Source: a virus
Taxonomy: Duplodnaviria > Caudoviricetes
Length of the DNA stretch: 33,592 nucleotides
Virus record (IMG/VR): IMGVR_UViG_3300037310_000514
Span: 1-33,592 of that record
Direction: 5' to 3' (one strand)
The notes under the pieces are model-generated. The model saw nothing but the letters and a program-made list of their open reading frames with translations, ran no database searches and was not told the origin of the DNA. Within the stretch, counting starts at the first letter, position 1. Each line of letters opens with the position of its first letter. Position numbers and translations under genes: made by a program. Shown here in pieces: positions 7,409 through 16,219 of this stretch.

Positions 7409-9994
7409 ATGGCCTGGCCCACGACATATCAAGGCTGGATAGACGCGGTCACCGACTGGCTGGATATCGCGACCCTGCCGTCGGTCGCCTTCGACACCTT
7501 CCTTTCCGCCGCGACCGCGCGCCTCAACCGGGAGCTCGATTCCCAGCACATGGAGAAGCGGGTCGCCGTCGTCTTCGACACGGCCGGTGCGGGAGGCCCC
7601 GTCAACCTTCCGCTCCTGATTCCGGATTTCAACCGCGTCAAGCTGGTGAACGTCGCGGGCTTCAAGTCTCTCGACGCCGTCACGATAGACGAAATGGTCG
7701 ATTTGCGGGCCGAAGGGACGACCGGCGACGCGTCGTTCTACTGCATCGACGCGAACGAGCTCTACATTTATCCGCAGCCTTCCGACGGCACGTCCGTCGA
7801 AATCCGCTACTACCAGCAGGTGCCGGACATTTCGACGGCGCTCAACGCCAACGTCTTCACGTCGAGGCATCCGGACCTTTTCCTCTATGCGGCGTTGACC
7901 GCAGCCGAGCTCTACGTTGTGGAAGACGAACGTCTCCCGGTCTGGCAGGCGCAATACCGGACGTTCCTGGACAGCGCGAACGTCAATGCCAAGCAGTCCA
8001 AGTACGGATCGACGCCGCTGGTCCGGGGGGTTTTTCCGAAAGCCGTTTCGACCGGCGGAGGCGGCGGCGGAGGCGGCGTCTCCGTGGCCGGATTCTACTA
8101 CGCCGTCGTGGACGTGTCCGGCGCGGGGGACTACACGCTCGTTCCCGGCAACGTCACGGCTTTCAGGCTGATCGGGACTCTGACCGGCAACCGCGTCGTT
8201 CTGGTGCCTCCGGCAGCGCGGCAGTTCTGGTTCGACAACCGGACCGTCGGACCGTACACCCTGCACATCGACACCTCGACCGGCAGCGCGAACAAGGTCC
8301 TTGTCAATCAGGGCAAGGCCGCCATCACGTATACCGACGGGGCCGTTGCGGTCCTGGCCGAAACCGACGATCTCATCGGCACTCTTTCCTTCCTGGTCGG
8401 CGACCGCGGAGACGTTCTGGTGGACGCCACCGGGCTCGACTGGTCGCGGGAACGCACCGGCAGCGCCAAGGGAGACGGCGTCTCCGACGATACGGCCGCC
8501 CTCCAATCGGTCCTCGATTCGGGCCGTACCGTCGTTCTGGGCTCGGGGAAGAGCTATTTCATCAAGTCCCGGCTCGTCATCTCCGCCGACGGCACCGGGA
8601 TCGTCGGCGACGGCTCTCCGCTCATCGTCATGGGTTCGGACGTCGGAGAGTTCGACAACATCGACAGTTCCGCCGCCGCCCGCTACGGGGCGAACGGCGT
8701 GGGCGTCTACGCGTCCGGCATCGCCCGGCCGACGGTCAAGGGCGTCCGCATCAGGTACGAAACGCAGGTGGACGACCGCTACGTCCGGGCGCTGGCTTTC
8801 GAGGACTGCACCGACATAACGGTCGAGAACGTCGAAGCGTGGAATTTCACCAAGGGTTTCGGCATTCTCGCTTTCAACGACTGCATCCGCGGTTCGGTGT
8901 CGTTCAACCACGTCCACTCCTGCACCACCGACAGCATTACGACCGGCCAGATCACCGGCATCGGTTTCGATTACGATGCGCAGGTGGGCTGCTCCGGCAT
9001 CGCGGCGATAGGCAACCGGATTCACGACATTACGGTCGGCCCGAATTTTCTCTCGCTTTACGGCTACCAGACCGACGGCATCAATCTGGCCGGGGGTTCC
9101 GGCAAGAAAACGGCGTTCATGCAGGTGGCGAACAACTGGATATCCAATGTCGGCGAAGGCATCGACACGTTCGGCGACGACAGCACGATCGTCGGCAACA
9201 CCGTCGATAAGTGCTACATCTACGGCCTCAAGTTCGTCCACGGCGCCAGCCGCAACGCCGTCCACGGCAACGTCGTGACGCATATCGGGTTCGGCGGCAT
9301 CGTGCTCGCGGGGACGTCGATCCACACTCAGGACACCGCCGACAATCTGATTTTCGGGAACGTGATCCGGTCGATCAATCCCGACGGCGCATGGGCGGCG
9401 AGCTCGACCTTCGGCGTGGGATTCTTCTCCAACGGCGGCACGGCCTATCTGGCCCGCCGCAACAAGATATGGAACAACCACATCGACGGCGGCGGAACCG
9501 GAGCCAACGGGGTTCGCGTCGATGCCAACAGCGGCGACGCGAACTCGCTCAACTCGCTGCGCGGCAACCACATTCTCAACGTTACGACGAACGAATACCT
9601 TCTCAACGACGCGGACACGATTTCCGATCTCGTGAAATACGCCTCGCCTCTCCAGAACGAAGCGACCGCCAACCTCGCAACCGGCTTCACCGAAACGGCT
9701 CTCGACCTCGGAACCGTTACCGGCGGCACGGTCGTGCCGGACGCCTCCGCCCGGCAGATGCAATATTACGTCAACAACGGCGCCCATACTCTGGCGCCGC
9801 CGACCGGGAGTCCCGGCAACGGCGCTTCCGTCGTGGTGGACGTGGTCAACGGCATCTCCGCCGGAACCGTCTCCACCGGAGGCTTCGACAAGGTGACGGG
9901 CGACGCTTTCGCCGTTCTGAACGGAAACGCCTACCGGTGCTACATCAACGTAATCGGCACCCGCTCCCACCTCCATGTGGTGGCGCTGCAATGA
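7409..9994 (+). CDS. Head-tail adaptor (tail tubular A-like) fused to fibre and beta-helix tailspike/depolymerase domains
   Basis: aa 1-~208 adaptor-like (TTYQGWIDAVTDWLD, ARLNREL, IYPQPS, YYQQVP, HPDLFLYAAL). Then a Gly8 linker, a fibre domain, the pectate-lyase-3-type AKGDGVSDDTAALQ motif, Asn-ladder beta-helix repeats and a C-terminal fibre-tip domain ending HLHVVALQ. Confidence 0.82.
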   Translation: MAWPTTYQGWIDAVTDWLDIATLPSVAFDTFLSAATARLNRELDSQHMEKRVAVVFDTAGAGGPVNLPLLIPDFNRVKLVNVAGFKSLDAVTIDEMVDLRAEGTTGDASFYCIDANELYIYPQPSDGTSVEIRYYQQVPDISTALNANVFTSRHPDLFLYAALTAAELYVVEDERLPVWQAQYRTFLDSANVNAKQSKYGSTPLVRGVFPKAVSTGGGGGGGGVSVAGFYYAVVDVSGAGDYTLVPGNVTAFRLIGTLTGNRVVLVPPAARQFWFDNRTVGPYTLHIDTSTGSANKVLVNQGKAAITYTDGAVAVLAETDDLIGTLSFLVGDRGDVLVDATGLDWSRERTGSAKGDGVSDDTAALQSVLDSGRTVVLGSGKSYFIKSRLVISADGTGIVGDGSPLIVMGSDVGEFDNIDSSAAARYGANGVGVYASGIARPTVKGVRIRYETQVDDRYVRALAFEDCTDITVENVEAWNFTKGFGILAFNDCIRGSVSFNHVHSCTTDSITTGQITGIGFDYDAQVGCSGIAAIGNRIHDITVGPNFLSLYGYQTDGINLAGGSGKKTAFMQVANNWISNVGEGIDTFGDDSTIVGNTVDKCYIYGLKFVHGASRNAVHGNVVTHIGFGGIVLAGTSIHTQDTADNLIFGNVIRSINPDGAWAASSTFGVGFFSNGGTAYLARRNKIWNNHIDGGGTGANGVRVDANSGDANSLNSLRGNHILNVTTNEYLLNDADTISDLVKYASPLQNEATANLATGFTETALDLGTVTGGTVVPDASARQMQYYVNNGAHTLAPPTGSPGNGASVVVDVVNGISAGTVSTGGFDKVTGDAFAVLNGNAYRCYINVIGTRSHLHVVALQ

Positions 9995-10725
9995 CCTTCC
10001 CCCATCCCATCTTCCTGCCGCAGGCGCCCGGAGGCGATCCCTACTGGGACTACGTCCTTCTGCTCCTGCAGTTCTACGGCACCGACGGCGCCACCGCGAC
10101 GACCGACCTCAGCAAATACGCCAGACCGGTAACCTTCAACGACAACGCCCAGCTCGACGAAACGCAGAGCAGATGGGCGGGCAGCTCCCTGCTCTGCGAC
10201 GGGAGCGGCGATTACGTTTCGGTCCCCGACAGCGACGACTGGACCTTCTCCGGGCCGTTCACGGTCGAAGCGTGGGTCCGGTACAACGTCTTCGGCGGCG
10301 CCTACCAGCAGATAATCAGCCATTACGGCGTCACCTCCAACTCTTCCTGGAGCCTTCGCACCCGGCAGAACATCGACGACGGTTTCACGTGGTGGGCGAG
10401 CGTGGACGGAACCGGCAACGATATCGGCATATCTCCCGGCAGCGGACCCATCGTCGCCGGGCAATGGTTCCATTTCGCCGTGGACCGCGACGCGGGCGGC
10501 GTTCTGCGGAACTACATCGACGGCGTCATGCAGGAAAGCGCGACCCAGCCCGGCACGTATTTCAATTCCACCGTTCCCCTGACCATCGGCAGAAGCGGCA
10601 ACGCAGGCGTCATGGAGAGCTTCAACGGATGGATCGACAGCGTACGGATCACCGGCGGCGTGGCGCGCTATGCGTCCTCTCCCGGCTTCCAGCCTCCCAC
10701 CGGGCCGTTTCCGACGGGGCCGTGA
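9991..10725 (+). CDS. LamG/concanavalin A-like domain protein (putative fibre-tip adhesin)
   Basis: ATGA overlap. DPYWDYVLLLL, FTVEAWV, WFHFAV, LTIG, FNGWIDSVRIT.GVARY, F.PPTGPFP. Confidence 0.85.
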   Translation: MTFPHPIFLPQAPGGDPYWDYVLLLLQFYGTDGATATTDLSKYARPVTFNDNAQLDETQSRWAGSSLLCDGSGDYVSVPDSDDWTFSGPFTVEAWVRYNVFGGAYQQIISHYGVTSNSSWSLRTRQNIDDGFTWWASVDGTGNDIGISPGSGPIVAGQWFHFAVDRDAGGVLRNYIDGVMQESATQPGTYFNSTVPLTIGRSGNAGVMESFNGWIDSVRITGGVARYASSPGFQPPTGPFPTGP

Positions 10726-10949
10726 ACATGAACATGACGGCTGCGGCGTTCTTTCTGGTGGCGGCGACGATAGGGACGCAGCTGGCCGTTACGCTGGCGG
10801 TGACCGGGAACTGCATCTATCGTTCCTCCGAGCTCATCGCCGCCAACAGGGACTGTCTCTCGGGCGAGGCCCGCGAAGCTTTCGTCCAGCTGCTCGCTTC
10901 GGCTCTGGCCGCCGCTCTGGGCTTCGCAAACATGGATGGGAAGAAATGA
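10722..10949 (+). CDS. Putative holin-like membrane protein
   Basis: Two hydrophobic segments, basic C-terminus (GKK), overlaps the endolysin start. Alternative starts GTG10722, ATG10728, ATG10734. Confidence 0.55.
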   Translation: MNMNMTAAAFFLVAATIGTQLAVTLAVTGNCIYRSSELIAANRDCLSGEAREAFVQLLASALAAALGFANMDGKK

Positions 10950-11476
10950 TCGATTTCGACAAGCTGCGGTCGATGTTCGGCGGCAGGCTCAAGCGGGAGC
11001 AAGTCGATGGCATTAAGTTTTTGGTCGAAGGCCTTTCGGATTGGCCGAAGACCCATGTCGCCTATGCCCTCGCTACGGTTTTTCACGAGACGGGAAGAAC
11101 GATGCAACCGATCCCCGAATGGGGTTCTCAGTCTTATTTTCGTAAGTACGACGACAGAAAAGACTTGGGAAACGTCGAACCCGGAGACGGTTTCAAGTTT
11201 CGAGGAAGGGGCTACGTGCAGCTTACCGGGCGTGCGAATTATACAAAATACGGCCTCGCCGAAAATCCTGGTGCTGCATTGGAACCGGATGTCGCATTGA
11301 GAATTCTTAAAACCGGAATGAGTCGGGGTTTGTTTACCGGCAGGAAGCTTTCCGACTACGACAGGCCGGATGGGGGATACGATTTCGTCAACGCCCGCCG
11401 GATTGTCAACGCTCTGGACCGGGCGAAACTGATCGCCGGTTACGCCGAAGAATTCAAGGAGGCTCTCCATGCCTGA
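10946..11476 (+). CDS. Endolysin, glycoside hydrolase family 19-like
   Basis: AYALATVFHETG, LGN..PGDGFKFRGRGYVQLTGRANY and ARRIVN..DRA motifs of GH19-type phage lysins. Confidence 0.9.
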   Translation: MIDFDKLRSMFGGRLKREQVDGIKFLVEGLSDWPKTHVAYALATVFHETGRTMQPIPEWGSQSYFRKYDDRKDLGNVEPGDGFKFRGRGYVQLTGRANYTKYGLAENPGAALEPDVALRILKTGMSRGLFTGRKLSDYDRPDGGYDFVNARRIVNALDRAKLIAGYAEEFKEALHA

Positions 11477-13019
11477 CACCGTCACGCCCAACTACGGCTT
11501 CACGAAGCCGGAAGAATTCGGCTCCACCGATACGTGGGGCGGGAAGCTCAATACGGATTGGGATATTGCGGACACCCAGATCAAGGTGCAGGCCGACGCC
11601 GCCGCGGCCGCGAACGCCAACGCGAACACCCGCGTCCTGAAAGCCGGGGACACGATGACCGGCCAGCTGACGCTTCCTTCCGGGGGCGCCTCCGCCGCGC
11701 TCAACGCGGCTTCCCTGGCGCAGGTCCAGACGGCCGCAGCGTCTCAAGCCGTGTCGGTCGGCGGAACCGCCGATGCGCTTACGCTCACCATGGCTCCGCC
11801 GGTCGCCGCCCTCGTTACCGGCCAGGTGGTCCGCTGGATTTCCTCCGGCCCCAATACCGTTACTACGCCCACAATCGCCGTGGACGCCACGGGCGTGAAG
11901 AACTTGCGCAAGGAAAACAGCGCCGTTCTCGCCGCCGGAGACACCGGCGCTTCCGGCCGCATCTGCGAGGCCGTCTACAACGGCACCTCGTTCCTGCTGC
12001 TCAATCCGGCCGTCAGCACGGCGTCGTTCCTGACCGCTCCGGTTTCCGACGTCTCGATCCTGCACGGCACCGACTACCGGCAGGCCGTTCAGAACGCCGG
12101 TTTCACCGAAGGCGATTTCGGCTACACGAAAGGCACAGGCTGGGCCATCGCCGCCGATTCCGCCAATGCGCTTATCGGGAATTATGTCGCGGTCTGCACC
12201 AGCACATCCGGCACGGCGACCGCTCTCACCGCCGGTACGTTGGCCGAAGCCGTCCAGTGCGAACCGGGGGACGAAGCCTACGTGGAAGCCTATCTGAAAG
12301 TTGCAGGCTGGACCGGCACCGTGCTGCGCGGCGACATTCTCTGGCTCGACAAGGACTTCGCAACGATCGTATCGTCCAACGGAAACAACGTCTCTCCCGG
12401 GTCCGGCAGCTACACCGTTTCGTCCGTCAGCGGCACGGCTCCGGCAGGCGCCGCCTTCTTCAAGGCCCGCGCCGTCGTCACGATGACCGCCGGTACGGCC
12501 TATTGCGGCATGCTGCGGGCGTACAAGAAGATCGACGCGGCCAAAAACATCAAGCCCGCCTCGATAACTTCCGAGCTTCTCGCCCCCGGCGCCCAGGCCT
12601 CCCAGGTGGCGATACGCGAAACCTCGAACACCATCGTCAGCAGCACGACCCTGACCGCCGACGCCGTGCTCAGGTTTCCCATGGCGGCCAACACCAAGTA
12701 TTCCTTTGCGGCTCTGGTCGCGCTGAATCCTGCGGGAGGCGGCATCAAGTACGGGGTGACCGGTCCGGCCTCGCCCACCGTCGTTCAGGTCAATTCCGGC
12801 CGCACGGGCACGGGCAACGTGGACGCTTCGTTCACCACGTCTTACGGGCAGCTGGAAAGCAATTCCGCCAACGATCCCAGCACCGTCAACATTTACGGGT
12901 TCATCAGCAACGGCGCCGTCGCCGGGGACCTGGCGTTGACCTTCGCGCAAGACACCTCGAACGCCGCCGGTACGCAGGTACGGGCCGGTTCGCAGATCGG
13001 CTGGAGGGCCGTTTCCTAG
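11469..13019 (+). CDS. Tail fibre protein
   Basis: N-terminal attachment motif TPNYGFTKPE...DTWGGKLN, KAGDTMTGQLTL repeat-type motif, Ala/Thr/Gly-rich, central CBM-like segment (NAGF..G..W). Confidence 0.8.
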   Translation: MPDTVTPNYGFTKPEEFGSTDTWGGKLNTDWDIADTQIKVQADAAAAANANANTRVLKAGDTMTGQLTLPSGGASAALNAASLAQVQTAAASQAVSVGGTADALTLTMAPPVAALVTGQVVRWISSGPNTVTTPTIAVDATGVKNLRKENSAVLAAGDTGASGRICEAVYNGTSFLLLNPAVSTASFLTAPVSDVSILHGTDYRQAVQNAGFTEGDFGYTKGTGWAIAADSANALIGNYVAVCTSTSGTATALTAGTLAEAVQCEPGDEAYVEAYLKVAGWTGTVLRGDILWLDKDFATIVSSNGNNVSPGSGSYTVSSVSGTAPAGAAFFKARAVVTMTAGTAYCGMLRAYKKIDAAKNIKPASITSELLAPGAQASQVAIRETSNTIVSSTTLTADAVLRFPMAANTKYSFAALVALNPAGGGIKYGVTGPASPTVVQVNSGRTGTGNVDASFTTSYGQLESNSANDPSTVNIYGFISNGAVAGDLALTFAQDTSNAAGTQVRAGSQIGWRAVS

Positions 13020-14597
13020 ATGAGCGGGCGGACCCAGGCCATCGTCAACATACCGCCGGGCATCGTCCGCGAAACCTCCCGTTTCGCGGCGCAGGGCCGC
13101 TGGTTCGACGGCAATCTGGTCCGGTGGATTTCCGACGTCCTCTATCCGGTCGGAGGATGGACGCGCGTACTCGCCTTTCCCGATCAGGCCCAGCCGTTCC
13201 GTTCGACGTTCTCGTGGCGCGACAACAGCTATCTGTCGTGGGCCGTGTTCGGTTCCGCCGACAAGGTATGGGCGGTGAAGATCGCCGATCCGCTCGACAG
13301 CAACAAGTACGATATCACGCCCGTCGATCTGGTATGGGGAACCGGACCCAAGAAGGGCTACGGCGCCGGACGGTACGGGCTCGCCCAGTACGGCCGGGAT
13401 CAGATCGACAGCGGTCTGGCGGTGGATATCGAGGCCATCTGGAGCTTCTACAATTTCGGGAAGCTTCTCATCGCCGTCCACTCTCAGGACGGCAGGCTGT
13501 TCTCGTGGGACCCGGAAAATCCGGGCACGCCCGCAACCCCCACCAAGCTCGCTCCGGTCGCGAACGCCCCGACCGGCAACCGGGTCTGCATGGTTTCCGA
13601 CGAACGCTTCGCTTTCGTCTTCGGCGGCAAGACCCACCCCCGCCGGATCAAGTGGTGTTCGCAGGAGAACCTCACCGAATGGACACCGGCCGAAACCAAC
13701 ACCGCAGGCGGCTTCGATCTGGAAACCGCCGGGATCATCCGGGCCGTATGCAAGGTGCAGAACGGCATCCTCATCCTGACCGATATCGACGTGCATCTTC
13801 TGGAATACGTCGGCGTGCCTCTGCTCTACGGCGTCCGGCGCATCTCCGACGTCACCGGGGCGCTCGGTTCCAACGCGGCGATCTCTTTCGCCGGTTCGGC
13901 CTTCTGGATGAGCAACTCGAATTTCTGGAAATACGACGGCAACGTCGTCAAGGTCCCGTGCGACATTCGAGCCGACGTCTTTTTCCTGTCCGATCTCACC
14001 AAGGATTACGCCGTCCACATGGGCGTCAACGAGGAAATGCAGGAAATCTGGACGTTCTATCCGGCCAGGGGGGACAGCGAATCGACCAGAGTGGCGATCT
14101 ATTCCTTCGCGTCGCAACCGTGGTGGTCGAAGGGAACGCTGTCGCGTTCGTGCATCCTCAACCCGATATGGGATACGCGGCCGCTGATGGCGTACAAGAG
14201 CGGCACGTCCATGTACGTCGATCAGCACGAGGTCGGCTGGCTCGACAACGGCAACCCGCGTCCCGGCATTCAGGCTTCGAGCGGCTTCCTGGCTCTCGAA
14301 GAAGGCGGGCGGAACCTGCGTTTCGACCGGGTGACGCCCGATATCGTGGACATTCCCGCCCAGTCGGAAGAACGGACCTACGCTACCGAACCGCTGCCCT
14401 ACGAGCTTGAGTTCGAACTGCGGAATTCTCCGCAGGGAACGTCCCACATCTACGGTCCGGTCGGGTTCGACAACGTCGGCTACAAGTCGGTCCGGTTCAT
14501 GGCCAAGCTGATCGCCATCACCGTGAAGCAGATCAGGGACGAAAGCTGGGGACTCGGGAAGCTCACGTTCCGCACCAAGGCGGGAGGCGGAAGATGA
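13020..14597 (+). CDS. Tail nozzle / tail tubular protein B-like (beta-propeller)
   Basis: IPPGIVRE....GRWFDGNLVRW....P.GGW N-terminus, WS..NFG..L, IKWCSQEN..W.P...NTAG, FWMS, EIW.FYP. Confidence 0.8.
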   Translation: MSGRTQAIVNIPPGIVRETSRFAAQGRWFDGNLVRWISDVLYPVGGWTRVLAFPDQAQPFRSTFSWRDNSYLSWAVFGSADKVWAVKIADPLDSNKYDITPVDLVWGTGPKKGYGAGRYGLAQYGRDQIDSGLAVDIEAIWSFYNFGKLLIAVHSQDGRLFSWDPENPGTPATPTKLAPVANAPTGNRVCMVSDERFAFVFGGKTHPRRIKWCSQENLTEWTPAETNTAGGFDLETAGIIRAVCKVQNGILILTDIDVHLLEYVGVPLLYGVRRISDVTGALGSNAAISFAGSAFWMSNSNFWKYDGNVVKVPCDIRADVFFLSDLTKDYAVHMGVNEEMQEIWTFYPARGDSESTRVAIYSFASQPWWSKGTLSRSCILNPIWDTRPLMAYKSGTSMYVDQHEVGWLDNGNPRPGIQASSGFLALEEGGRNLRFDRVTPDIVDIPAQSEERTYATEPLPYELEFELRNSPQGTSHIYGPVGFDNVGYKSVRFMAKLIAITVKQIRDESWGLGKLTFRTKAGGGR

Positions 14598-15199
14598 CCG
14601 CCAAGACCGCCGTCGCCCGCGTTCTGCTGCCGCAGCCGCCGGAGAGATACGATCCGGCTTCGGAGCGCAATCGCAACCGGGAAATCGAGAGGCAGCTGAA
14701 CGGCAAGCTCGGGCGTACGGAACTGCCGGTATTCGGCGGAATTCCGTTTACCGCCGTCCGGGGCCTCAACCCGGCGTTCATCGTACCCCCCGGCCCGTCG
14801 CCGACGCTTCTGCCGTTCAACGTCCTGCTGGAGGAAACCGATCTCGACATAACTTTCGATCCCGCCGACTACACCATGCGGGCGAATTTCACCGTGGACG
14901 TCATGATGTTCGTACGCATCCGCCATGCCGGAACGGGCGGAGGCGGCGTGTCGGTCGATTGGACGCTCCACGGTTTCCTCAACGGGGCGGAAATCGACAC
15001 GTTTGCGACCTCGACGCGGATCGGAGGCAATTTCGACATTATGGCCACGTTCATGGCCGTCAACGCCCCCGTGAACCAGCGGCTCGACCTGCGCATGTCC
15101 CACACGCACAACGCCGATGTGCCTTTCGACATGACCAGATCGCGCTGGTGGCTTACCCGCATTTCGCCCGATCCGCGCGTATTGGAGAGCAGGCTATGA
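14594..15199 (+). CDS. Putative tail-associated protein
   Basis: ATGA overlap; LPQPPERYD...NREIERQL N-terminus typical of genes following the nozzle. Confidence 0.65.
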   Translation: MTAKTAVARVLLPQPPERYDPASERNRNREIERQLNGKLGRTELPVFGGIPFTAVRGLNPAFIVPPGPSPTLLPFNVLLEETDLDITFDPADYTMRANFTVDVMMFVRIRHAGTGGGGVSVDWTLHGFLNGAEIDTFATSTRIGGNFDIMATFMAVNAPVNQRLDLRMSHTHNADVPFDMTRSRWWLTRISPDPRVLESRL

Positions 15200-15684
15200 A
15201 CCGTTTCGACCGGTTCGCGGCCGACACGGCTCCGGCGGACATGCCCGAACCGGAAAGCGCCGAAAACCCGAAAGCCGACGATGCCGCCGACTACAGACCG
15301 GCGCTTCTCTGCAACATGCTCGTGCGCCGTCCCCAGATCGAGAAGGCGCTCAAGCACGACACCGAAGGCTGGACGTTCGAGCTGGTTTTCGTCGCGGTCG
15401 CCTCCGGCCGGGCCTTCTTCTTCTGGAACGACACATCGTGTGCGGTGCTCGAACCGCGCAAGTACCCCGCCGGAAACGCCCTCCACGTGTTCCTGGCGGC
15501 CGGGACGCTCAAGGGACTGCTTGAGCTTTACGAGAATGTGGCGCAATGGGGAAGGCAGGCCATGGACCTCAGGCGGATGACGACGCTCGGGAGACGCGGA
15601 TTCAGGCGGGCGCTGAAGAGACACGGCTGGAAAGAGCCGCATGTCTGGCTGGTGAAAGACATTGAAGGCGGAGAACTGCAATGA
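15196..15684 (+). CDS. GNAT-fold-like virion assembly protein (T7 gp13-like position)
   Basis: YP....LHVFLAAGTL..L......WG......MT..GRRGF.R.L...GW pattern; lies between tail and ejection genes. Confidence 0.65.
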   Translation: MNRFDRFAADTAPADMPEPESAENPKADDAADYRPALLCNMLVRRPQIEKALKHDTEGWTFELVFVAVASGRAFFFWNDTSCAVLEPRKYPAGNALHVFLAAGTLKGLLELYENVAQWGRQAMDLRRMTTLGRRGFRRALKRHGWKEPHVWLVKDIEGGELQ

Positions 15685-16208
15685 GCGGCGGCGGTGGAAA
15701 AGGCGGCAGCCAGACGACCAAGATCGAGCTCCCGGAGTGGTACGAGAGCGCCGCCAAGAAGGCTCTTGCCCTCGGCGAGGCGAAGGCCAAGGCGGGTTAC
15801 GTCCCCTACATGGGGCCGGACGTGGCGGCTTTCTCGCCCCAGCAGGTGCAGGGGATGCAGACCGCCAACGATTTTGCCGCCGCTTTCGGGATGGCGCCGC
15901 AGACCGATATCGCTTCGACGCTTCCGCCCGCCCAGGAATTCGCCGGAGGGGTAAGAGGCTATTCGTCCTTCCCGCTGTACAAGCAGGCGCTCGCAGCGCT
16001 GGATACCGAGTACCCCGGCCTCTCCGGCTATCTCAAGCAGTTCTTCATCGATCCGACGACCGGGAAGCTCCCGACGCCCAATGTGTGGGACCCGCTGGAG
16101 AAGAAAAAGGACGGCGACCGGTCCGGGTCCTCGACCGACAGGGAGTGGGACCCGTACGAATACGGCTCCGACGCCTATTTCAGCCGCAATCGCGGCCTCA
16201 ACCGATAG
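15681..16208 (+). CDS. Putative ejection/internal virion protein
   Basis: MSGGGGKGGSQTT..LPEWY...GYVPYMGPDVAAFSPQQ pattern of podovirus internal proteins. Confidence 0.72.
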   Translation: MSGGGGKGGSQTTKIELPEWYESAAKKALALGEAKAKAGYVPYMGPDVAAFSPQQVQGMQTANDFAAAFGMAPQTDIASTLPPAQEFAGGVRGYSSFPLYKQALAALDTEYPGLSGYLKQFFIDPTTGKLPTPNVWDPLEKKKDGDRSGSSTDREWDPYEYGSDAYFSRNRGLNR

Positions 16209-16219
16209 GAGATGCGCAT

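Noticed and set aside
10382-10396. Additional parS-like sequences (GTTTCACGTGG at 10382; TTTCACGT at 53)
   Set aside because: Half-sites only, inside coding sequence; not palindromic.
10722-10949. Unimolecular spanin (hydrophobic N-terminus ending in Cys plus C-terminal TM)
   Set aside because: TGNC is not a good lipobox and the ~25-aa spacer is too short to span the periplasm.
6679-13019. Diversity-generating retroelement or invertible tail-fibre cassette
   Set aside because: No reverse transcriptase, recombinase, or template/variable repeat pair seen.
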